Shown here piece after piece: positions 1 to 6,673 of a DNA stretch of 64,000 bases; within the stretch, counting starts at the first letter, position 1; every line of letters starts with the position of its first letter. Under the pieces are notes generated by a model. It saw only the letters and a list, made by a program, of their open reading frames with translations, was not told the DNA's origin and did no database searches. The stretch is from a virus: positions 1,544 to 65,543 of IMG/VR virus record IMGVR_UViG_3300033143_005712; one strand, written 5' to 3'. A program made the translations under genes and the position numbers.

Positions 1-51
1 CTTATTCCTCATTGCTCCCCATTTTGTCTAATGAATAGTGTGATGAAGCTG

Positions 52-81
52 TGAGAATAAACGAAGTTACTTAATATGGTT
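52..81 (-). promoter_or_regulatory. Degenerate copy of the repeated early-gene upstream motif
   Basis: tgagaataaacgaagttacttaatatggtt matches 339-368 (tgagaacatacggagttacttcatgtggtt) at 25/30 positions; lies just downstream of a minus-strand terminator. Confidence 0.55.
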
Positions 82-88
82 GGGCTAA

Positions 89-116
89 GAAAAATAGTGA
101 GACTACAGCCCCACTA
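89..116 (-). terminator. Intrinsic terminator after the 103..315 gene
   Basis: Minus strand TAGTGGGGC-TGTA-GTCTCACTA hairpin (G-U pairs) followed by TTTTTCTT; overlaps the stop codon. Confidence 0.7.
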
Positions 117-315
117 TACCTAACTCTTTCTGTACCTCGAAGTTGGTTGACTTGGCTCTTTTACAAGCCTCTCTTTGCAGTGCATCACGTACTTCACAGT
201 ACTGACGATGTTGAACATACTCGTTGGCTTTCCAATGCTTGTATTGTAATGCATCAGCTTCAACAATAGCTTCATTAAGCTCTTTAACTGTCATTTGATT
301 GATATGTCGTTTCAT
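103..315 (-). CDS. Small early hypothetical protein (70 aa)
   Basis: ORF with A/T-rich leader, preceded by the repeated motif and followed by a terminator. Confidence 0.75.
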   Translation of the reverse strand: MKRHINQMTVKELNEAIVEADALQYKHWKANEYVQHRQYCEVRDALQREACKRAKSTNFEVQKELGIVGL

Positions 316-330
316 GATATCATAGTGTTA

Positions 331-368
331 ATTAATACTGAGAACATACGGAGTTACTTCATGTGGTT
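331..368 (-). promoter_or_regulatory. Repeated early-gene upstream motif (candidate phage promoter)
   Basis: 331-364 attaatactgagaacatacggagttacttcatgt matches 592-625 at 31/34 positions, with a 20-bp identical core at 345-364 and 606-625. Confidence 0.65.
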
Positions 369-383
369 ATACTAAGAGGTAAA

Positions 384-409
384 GTAAGAGGACATTACAT
401 CCTCTTACT
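384..409 (-). terminator. Hairpin, probable terminator after the 395..574 gene
   Basis: Perfect 9-bp stem gtaagagga/tcctcttac enclosing the TAA stop; only a short U-tract. Confidence 0.5.
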
Positions 410-574
410 GTGGAGTACCCATCCTTGTATACAGATGGCAACAGGAAACATACCGGCTACACTAAACACAACCATCATACCACTAAAAGGCATGAGTGTG
501 TATATTGCTATGTTACCTGATATGATGATGATAACAACAACGGTAAGGCTGATGAGGTCTTTATGATGTGTCAT
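395..574 (-). CDS. Small two-helix membrane protein (59 aa; absent from the ORF track)
   Basis: Hand translation MTHHKDLISLTVVVIIIISGNIAIYTLMPFSGMMVVFSVAGMFPVAICIQGWVLHSKRM*; sits between a motif copy and a hairpin. Confidence 0.7.
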   Translation of the reverse strand: MTHHKDLISLTVVVIIIISGNIAIYTLMPFSGMMVVFSVAGMFPVAICIQGWVLHSKRM

Positions 575-591
575 GATAGTAGAGTTTTAAG

Positions 592-625
592 ATTAATACT
601 GTAATCATACGGAGTTACTTCATGT
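592..625 (-). promoter_or_regulatory. Repeated early-gene upstream motif (candidate phage promoter)
   Basis: attaatactgtaatcatacggagttacttcatgt, 17 nt upstream of the ATG at 574. Confidence 0.65.
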
Positions 626-957
626 TGTGTTGTTAGGTGTAGTGTGGTGTGGTAGAGTAGTAGTATGTATAGCAGTAGGTATTATATGTCGGGAGAGATT
701 TACTGATGAGACTCTTTCTACAGATGGACTCGTAAAATGCCTTTCCTGCAGAGAGGAGGGGGGGGAGGTTCAAAAACTCGGAAACGGAAGGGGCCTCTTT
801 TTTAGGGACACCCACACCTTCACACTCCTCACTTTCTGTAGTACACTCACTGTGACCCAATTCACTACAAAGTAAAAATAAATATGAACATTTATGTACA
901 TTTTCATCTTTACTACACTATCTTTGTAGTTACAAGTAACGAAAAAGAAGAGCAATT
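625..957. other. Divergent strand-switch, non-coding region (candidate origin or genome-end region)
   Basis: Genes diverge here. G/T-rich left arm, G8 run at 758-765, C/A-rich right arm, 9-bp inverted repeat at 864-872 and 922-930. Confidence 0.5.
919..926 (+). promoter_or_regulatory. Bacteroidota -7 promoter element TAnnTTTG
   Basis: TATCTTTG 31 nt upstream of the first rightward gene; no clear -33 TTTG. Confidence 0.5.
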
Positions 958-1296
958 ATGACAATAACTAAAGTTTTAAAACTATCGGCTATTGAGTACT
1001 ATAACACGCACCTGCAGCTTATCAATCCTCTATTACCTGTGCATCTTACGCCCAAGGAAATTGAGATTTTGGCTAACTTTATGTCTTTTACAGGAATCTT
1101 GGCCGAGGATAGATTTGGTGCAACAGCGAGAAAGAAAGTTAAAACTACTATGAAACTTTCAAATGCAGGATTATCTAACTATATGAGGACTCTCAAAGAC
1201 AAAGGATTTATTACGACTAATAAAATACTCCCGATTCTATTTCCTGAGAATGGCTCACAGTTATATCAATTTAAACTAACTAACTACGAATTTTAA
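958..1296 (+). CDS. Putative winged helix-turn-helix DNA-binding protein
   Basis: LTPKEIEILA...ARKKVKTTMKLSNAGLSNYMRTLKDKGFI pattern resembles a MarR/wHTH fold. Confidence 0.6.
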   Translation: MTITKVLKLSAIEYYNTHLQLINPLLPVHLTPKEIEILANFMSFTGILAEDRFGATARKKVKTTMKLSNAGLSNYMRTLKDKGFITTNKILPILFPENGSQLYQFKLTNYEF

Positions 1297-1306
1297 ACTT
1301 AAAATC

Positions 1307-1492
1307 ATGGCAAATCCAGATAAGAAACCAAAAAAAACCAAAGTAGTATATAAGAAAGCAAAAAAATCTCCTCCTGCAAAGAAAGTACCGGGAAAAGCAA
1401 CGAAAGGAGTGAGGTCTGTAAAAGGAAAAACACTTGCTGAACTTAAAGCTGAACGCTTGGAAGCAAAAAGAAAACAAATGAGGAAAAAATAA
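1307..1492 (+). CDS. Lys-rich histone-H1-like basic protein (61 aa)
   Basis: 24/61 residues K+R; PAKK and KKAKK motifs. Confidence 0.7.
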   Translation: MANPDKKPKKTKVVYKKAKKSPPAKKVPGKATKGVRSVKGKTLAELKAERLEAKRKQMRKK

Positions 1493-1493
1493 T

Positions 1494-1655
1494 ATGAGTC
1501 CTAGCGAATTACATTATCTCAGCACTGAAGGAATACAAACTAGACGACCTTATCCTACTAAAGAAGAATTGGACAAAGTAAGAGATGAATATGGAGATGG
1601 ATATATAATATATGGTGGATATGGCTGCATAAATATTTATGAAATACCAACTTAA
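1494..1655 (+). CDS. Hypothetical protein (53 aa; absent from the ORF track)
   Basis: Hand translation MSPSELHYLSTEGIQTRRPYPTKEELDKVRDEYGDGYIIYGGYGCINIYEIPT*; fills the gap between neighbours. Confidence 0.6.
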   Translation: MSPSELHYLSTEGIQTRRPYPTKEELDKVRDEYGDGYIIYGGYGCINIYEIPT

Positions 1656-1656
1656 C

Positions 1657-1842
1657 ATGATAAAATTCATAACCCGTTATTCGATAGTACTAATTATATG
1701 TACAGCTTTGGGATTCTTCATTCCGGTCTTGATAAGAGATTATTACAAATCAACTGACATTGCTTATGCCGGAGCAGGTTTTATCTTAGGATTACTCATT
1801 TCATGGTATATGGAAGATGAACGATTAATTAAACACAAATGA
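1657..1842 (+). CDS. Small two-TM membrane protein
   Basis: Two hydrophobic helices. Start at 1657 preferred over 1639 because it follows the upstream stop. Confidence 0.65.
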   Translation: MIKFITRYSIVLIICTALGFFIPVLIRDYYKSTDIAYAGAGFILGLLISWYMEDERLIKHK

Positions 1843-2024
1843 ATGAAGCTAAAAGACCTCCTCTTGGTGTAATGCCAAGACAAATATGGCTACAGAAAAG
1901 ATTTGATGACTTGATTGAAGCTGTAGATAGATTCAAGAAAGCAAATACTGAAATACCGAGAGAATGGTATAAAGAAATTGGAGACCTTGCACTAAAACTA
2001 ACTGAAAATGAAACGACTCACTGA
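1839..2024 (+). CDS. Small phage hypothetical protein
   Basis: RPPLGVMPRQIW...IPREW pattern; ATGA coupling with the previous gene. Confidence 0.7.
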   Translation: MNEAKRPPLGVMPRQIWLQKRFDDLIEAVDRFKKANTEIPREWYKEIGDLALKLTENETTH

Positions 2025-2205
2025 CAAGTACAAAATTGACCTTACATTAAGAATGTACAGGTCGAACAATCTTACGTTGGAAAAAGCCACAACTGACATA
2101 CTAAAATTTTATTCCAATAGTATGAGATTCAATACTACCAATTTTATCAGGGGTATTATAATAGGAGCAGCAATAGCATCAATGGTTATAAAATATGTAT
2201 TATGA
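2008..2205 (+). CDS. Hypothetical protein with C-terminal TM helix
   Basis: Hydrophobic C-terminus GIIIGAAIASMVIKYVL; operon packing. Confidence 0.65.
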   Translation: MKRLTDKYKIDLTLRMYRSNNLTLEKATTDILKFYSNSMRFNTTNFIRGIIIGAAIASMVIKYVL

Positions 2206-2414
2206 ATCAGGACGAAGAAGCAATTCTGCAACTAGAAAAACTTATCCATCTGTCAAAGGCATTGATGGGAAATCCAAAGTTGGCAATAATAATTACAATA
2301 GGTAATGAACCTCCAATCGGTATCAGTAATAATGAGAATATGAAGATTGTTCTCAAGAGGGAGATAGTGGAGGTGGTAAATTTTATGAACAACAAGCCAA
2401 ATACTTATGAATGA
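2202..2414 (+). CDS. Hypothetical protein
   Basis: ATGA coupling to the previous gene; 8-nt overlap with the next. Confidence 0.65.
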   Translation: MNQDEEAILQLEKLIHLSKALMGNPKLAIIITIGNEPPIGISNNENMKIVLKREIVEVVNFMNNKPNTYE

Positions 2415-2760
2415 AAAGCGTAATCTGCTTATTGAAGAATACTGGAACTCTCTCGTTGATAAACCAGACCTTACATTCAAAGAGTTCGAGAGTATTTGTA
2501 AGACACCGTTCTGGCATATTCGTAAGAGATTGGCAGAAGAAGTTCTTTATGATATTCGCTTAAAAGGATTAGGAATATTTACTCCTTCTTCATCTTCACT
2601 GTTTCACATGTTGAAGCTGATGGAAAATAAGCATATAAATGGAAATATGAGTGATAAGATGTATATTGAAAGAGTCATAACGATTACAAATTACATACGT
2701 GCAAGGCCCGACAGATTCGAACACTTAAAAGAAAGACTGACAACATGGATATCTTTATGA
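2407..2760 (+). CDS. IHF/HU-like DNA-binding protein
   Basis: LTFKEFESICKTPFWHIRKRLAEEVLYDIRLKGLGIF fits the HU/IHF helix plus I.L.G.G.F pattern seen in crAss-like phages. Confidence 0.6.
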   Translation: MNEKRNLLIEEYWNSLVDKPDLTFKEFESICKTPFWHIRKRLAEEVLYDIRLKGLGIFTPSSSSLFHMLKLMENKHINGNMSDKMYIERVITITNYIRARPDRFEHLKERLTTWISL

Positions 2761-3323
2761 TACAGAATAATATAGTAGTTCCAACACCAGAGGCATTATT
2801 GATTTATCCATTCTCTTCAATATGGGAACAAAACGATAAATCTGTTGCGATGCTTAAACTCTCTTATATAGAGTTTATGTGTTCACGAAAGAGGAGTAAT
2901 CCGTTTATTGATTATCATGAAAATGACCGGCAAGAGAAGGTGCTCACATCTCTTTTTCCTAATGACGAGGAGAAGAATTATGAAATCATTACTGAGGATA
3001 ATTTGGTTAAAATTGCAATGGCAACATATAATAGAATGCAAGATGAGGCATCTCCTAGTTTGAAGTTTTATGAGGCATCATTGATTGCTGCAGAACAGAT
3101 GGTAGATTTTTTTACTACCTTTGACTTGTCTGAATTGAACATGAAGACTGGAAATCCTTTATATAAGCCGGCAGATATTACAAGAGCTTTGAAAGATGTG
3201 GATGTTGTACTCAAGACAATGAATGCACTCAAAAGCAAAGTAATCCAAGAGCTTTATGATGATAGTAAAGCAAAAGGAGGAAGAGAAATTAATTATTTTG
3301 AAAGAGCACCTAACGAAAAATAA
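2745..3323 (+). CDS. Conserved crAss-like helical protein upstream of terminase (possible small terminase)
   Basis: 192-aa helical protein in the usual pre-terminase position; function inferred from position only. Confidence 0.5.
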   Translation: MDIFMIQNNIVVPTPEALLIYPFSSIWEQNDKSVAMLKLSYIEFMCSRKRSNPFIDYHENDRQEKVLTSLFPNDEEKNYEIITEDNLVKIAMATYNRMQDEASPSLKFYEASLIAAEQMVDFFTTFDLSELNMKTGNPLYKPADITRALKDVDVVLKTMNALKSKVIQELYDDSKAKGGREINYFERAPNEK

Positions 3324-3324
3324 T

Positions 3325-3576
3325 ATGGCAACGCTAAAATCATTCAAACAAGTAATTATCGAAACAGTAGACAGAAAAATGTTGGCTGAAATATTGGATA
3401 CAATTATGATTGATACGCAAAAAACGTATGTAGTTGGCAAGACAGCAACAATATTACCATCAGACCGTATTGATAACCAAATGGCGATAGAATTTAGCGA
3501 ACCTGTAAAACAAAAACATGATGAAAAACCTGACATGCATAATCCAATGGGAAGTGCAGCTCAGGGAAAGACTTAA
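3325..3576 (+). CDS. Hypothetical protein
   Basis: ATG at 3325 immediately after the previous stop, in frame with ORF 3256..3576. Confidence 0.55.
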   Translation: MATLKSFKQVIIETVDRKMLAEILDTIMIDTQKTYVVGKTATILPSDRIDNQMAIEFSEPVKQKHDEKPDMHNPMGSAAQGKT

Positions 3577-3709
3577 CAAGGAACTCCCTGAAGGCACTTA
3601 CCCTGTAGGTACACGTTATGGACTACCTATCTACGCTGGTAAAGAAGGGAGAATTAACCTCGAAGTTGAAATGGAAAAGGAAGTTCGTAGACTAATGATG
3701 TGTAACTAA
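3518..3709 (+). CDS. Hypothetical protein
   Basis: ORF fills the gap to 3717; 59-nt overlap with the upstream ORF. Confidence 0.5.
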   Translation: MMKNLTCIIQWEVQLRERLNKELPEGTYPVGTRYGLPIYAGKEGRINLEVEMEKEVRRLMMCN

Positions 3710-3716
3710 TATTACT

Positions 3717-4064
3717 ATGGCTACTGGAAAGAAACGTAAAATACGTAAGATGAGGAAAACAGCTTACACTGAACCTAGTGGAAAGACTGCTTCTCATAAA
3801 ATGGTGTGGACTGGTGACACCAAAAAGAAACGTAAAGGTGACCACGGAGTATTTCCTTCAGTAAGACCAAAGAAAGGAAAAGAAACTTCTACTAAAGCAG
3901 AAGATTGGGAAAGTCAATCTTGGCAAGAAGCTGTAGCCGGAGGTGAATATATACCTACAAAGAGTAGAAAAAGAGCTGAAAAGCTGGCTGCTGGTGCTTG
4001 GAAGAAAGGTAAAGACAGGAAAGAAGCTATGAAAGCCTATAAAAAATCTAAGAAGAAAAAATAA
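3717..4064 (+). CDS. Highly basic Lys/Arg-rich protein (115 aa)
   Basis: 37/115 residues K+R; ends KKSKKKK. Confidence 0.75.
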   Translation: MATGKKRKIRKMRKTAYTEPSGKTASHKMVWTGDTKKKRKGDHGVFPSVRPKKGKETSTKAEDWESQSWQEAVAGGEYIPTKSRKRAEKLAAGAWKKGKDRKEAMKAYKKSKKKK

Positions 4065-4297
4065 TGGCAACACAAAAGAAACCTAAAAAGACTGCTGCGG
4101 CCAAAGCTGTAACTCAAACAGGATATGGTCATAAAAAAAAGAAAAAGAAAAAAGTAAGTGCTGACCAAGTTATAGCAGAAGGTAGACAATTCATATTGAG
4201 AAGACAACAAGCAATAAAGAAAGCAGGTATAAAGAAAAGAAAGAAATTAGCTGCACCATCTGCTTCAGTGAAAAAGGCAACTAAAAAGAAAAAATGA
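4064..4297 (+). CDS. Lys/Ala-rich histone-H1-like protein (77 aa)
   Basis: 28/77 residues K+R, K7 run, stop/start coupled on both sides. Confidence 0.75.
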   Translation: MATQKKPKKTAAAKAVTQTGYGHKKKKKKKVSADQVIAEGRQFILRRQQAIKKAGIKKRKKLAAPSASVKKATKKKK

Positions 4298-4518
4298 ATG
4301 GATTTATAAAAATATCAGTTGAATATGTACCAAAAGATATGTCAGCAGAACTTGCTAACGACCTTGATATGTATGAAGAAGGATTTTTATACATACGTCC
4401 TGAATACATTATGGCCTTTAATGAGAATTCAAAAGGTAAGATAACATTCAGAACAAATGATGGAGATGCTTGGATAGCAGACATGTCGATTGATGAATTT
4501 GTGAAACAACTACCATGA
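4294..4518 (+). CDS. Small hypothetical protein directly upstream of terminase
   Basis: ATGA coupling on both sides. Confidence 0.75.
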   Translation: MNGFIKISVEYVPKDMSAELANDLDMYEEGFLYIRPEYIMAFNENSKGKITFRTNDGDAWIADMSIDEFVKQLP

Positions 4519-6668
4519 GCCAAATACATGCAATACAGAACCCGGATGGAATGTTCGTTAATACGAATTGTTTCAAAGAAGAGGCTTTGCATTTTCTTAA
4601 ATATGGATATTACTGTGCAGACCCTTGGGGTTCACCTGCATGGAAAGAGTATTGGGATGAACAGCTAAGCAGGTGTATTGGTGGATACACTTCAGGAGGA
4701 GTATTTATTACAGGCAATCATTATGGCTACTTGAACTTCGGACAAATCAAGGTTACGCAAGAATTTGCGGAGGCCGAAGAGCAGGTAGCTATTGATTTGA
4801 ATAACCCACGTAACAGGCGAAGACAAGGTGCAGGTGCAGCTAAGATTGTTACCTTTCCTAATTTTTGGAGTATGGACTACAATTATTTTCATGCTGTAGA
4901 TATTGCACGTTGGGGAGCAGAAGGTCAAACGCAAGAAGAGAAACAAGCCTACGTTGATGGCCTTGGATTAGAAATTCGAATACTACCTGATGCCTTGGAT
5001 GGTGGTTATCACATGATTGTTGGTAAGTCAAGGCGTAAAGGTTTTTCATATAAGAATGGATGGGTTGCAGCAAATAACTACAATACCATTCCAAACAGCA
5101 TTACTATCCTTGGTGCTTTTGATAAAAAGTATTTGTACCCGGAAGGTACAATGAATATGACTAATAACTATATCAACTTCTTTAATGAACACACAGGATG
5201 GGCGAAAGGAAGAGATTTTGTAAGTAAGATTGACCACAAGAAAGCATCCTATGAAGAGAAGGATGACAATGACATTTCTGTGGAGAAAGGATATAAAAGT
5301 ACCGTAATGGCTTTGACATTCAAAGACAATCCTGAAGCAGCGATTGGTAAAGATGGTACTCTTGTTGAATTTGAAGAAGCAGGTAAGTTTCCTAACCTGA
5401 AAGAGGCTTATATGAAAACTAAGCCTGCAATGGAAGATGGGATTTATACAACAGGTCAAATGTTTATATTTGGTACAGGTGGTGATATGGAAAGTGGAAC
5501 AACAGACTTTGCTGAAATGTTCTTCAAACCAACAGCATTTAAGCTTCTACCATTCAGGAACATTTGGGATAAAAATATAAGTGATACGGCTAAGTGCGGG
5601 TTCTTTGTTCCCGATTACTGGAACAAACCGGGGTTTATTGATGAAGATGGAAACTCAGATAACCAAGCTGCCCTTGAATATGAGCAAGTGAAAAGAGAGC
5701 AAATTATTCGAGATACATCTGGAACATCAACATTAAACGAGTACATTCAACAATATCCCCAAGAACCCTCCGAAGCCTTCCTAACCGTTTCCCATAATGA
5801 ATTTCCTGTTGTAGAATTGCGTAATCACTTGAATAAGATTATTGCAGAAGACCTTTATATCAAGACAACTCAACCTGTATGGATGTTTAGAGACAATGAA
5901 ACAGGTAAAGCCAGAATGAGACCTGATATGAAAAATGAACTTAATCCTGTAGTTAACTTTCCAACCAAAGGTGGAGACAAAACAGGATGTTGGGTGATTG
6001 TAGAAGCTCCCGTTCCAAATGCTCCTAGAGGATTATATAAAGGAGGTTATGACCCTTATCGCCAAGACCAGAGTGAAGGTGAATCTTTAGGTGCATTCTA
6101 CATCTATAAATCAGCAAATGATTTTTCATACACTAGAGATAAAATAGTTGCTTGGTACGTAGGACGGCCTATAACAACTGATGTCTGTAACCGTAATGTA
6201 GAACTCGGTGCAGAGCTATATAATCTTGAGTTAATGCATGAAAATGAAGTAGTTGAAGTAAAGAGCTATTTTAATAAGCGAAAAAAATTACATCTGTTAG
6301 CAGCACAACCTGATGCTGTTATTTCAAAAAATATTAAGAATTCTCGTGTTGCGAGAGTTTATGGGATACACATGAATGATAAGTTGAAAGATGCCGGTGA
6401 AAAATACATCAAACGCTGGCTGCTGGAAGAAAGAGACGTTGATGAACATGGAGAGAAGATTCTGAATCTTGAAACTATTGATGACATTGGATTGTTAGAA
6501 GAGTTGATTTCCTACCATAGGAAAGGAAACTTTGATAGAGTTATGGCGTTTATGATGGTTATGTTTCAGATTGAAGAGGAAGCAGAAGGAAAAGTCTACG
6601 GAGATAATAAAGTAACTCAGGTAGCACAACAAATTCACGATTTAAAGTTATTTGCACGTAAAAACTAA
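4515..6668 (+). CDS. terL: Terminase large subunit
   Basis: Walker A-type GKSRRKGFSY, Walker B FEEAGKF, coupling motif FGTGG, RNase H-like nuclease GYDPYRQD and C-terminal NFDRVMA. Confidence 0.95.
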   Translation: MSQIHAIQNPDGMFVNTNCFKEEALHFLKYGYYCADPWGSPAWKEYWDEQLSRCIGGYTSGGVFITGNHYGYLNFGQIKVTQEFAEAEEQVAIDLNNPRNRRRQGAGAAKIVTFPNFWSMDYNYFHAVDIARWGAEGQTQEEKQAYVDGLGLEIRILPDALDGGYHMIVGKSRRKGFSYKNGWVAANNYNTIPNSITILGAFDKKYLYPEGTMNMTNNYINFFNEHTGWAKGRDFVSKIDHKKASYEEKDDNDISVEKGYKSTVMALTFKDNPEAAIGKDGTLVEFEEAGKFPNLKEAYMKTKPAMEDGIYTTGQMFIFGTGGDMESGTTDFAEMFFKPTAFKLLPFRNIWDKNISDTAKCGFFVPDYWNKPGFIDEDGNSDNQAALEYEQVKREQIIRDTSGTSTLNEYIQQYPQEPSEAFLTVSHNEFPVVELRNHLNKIIAEDLYIKTTQPVWMFRDNETGKARMRPDMKNELNPVVNFPTKGGDKTGCWVIVEAPVPNAPRGLYKGGYDPYRQDQSEGESLGAFYIYKSANDFSYTRDKIVAWYVGRPITTDVCNRNVELGAELYNLELMHENEVVEVKSYFNKRKKLHLLAAQPDAVISKNIKNSRVARVYGIHMNDKLKDAGEKYIKRWLLEERDVDEHGEKILNLETIDDIGLLEELISYHRKGNFDRVMAFMMVMFQIEEEAEGKVYGDNKVTQVAQQIHDLKLFARKN

Positions 6669-6673
6669 TCATC

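Noticed and set aside
52-625. Mini CRISPR array
   Set aside because: Repeats are ~260-290 nt apart, and the intervening sequences are genes with terminators, not 30-40-nt spacers.
363-955. ORF-track ORFs 363..566(+), 627..875(+), 633..860(-), 770..955(-)
   Set aside because: The first is antisense to a better-supported membrane gene; the others are low-complexity translations of the skewed non-coding switch region.
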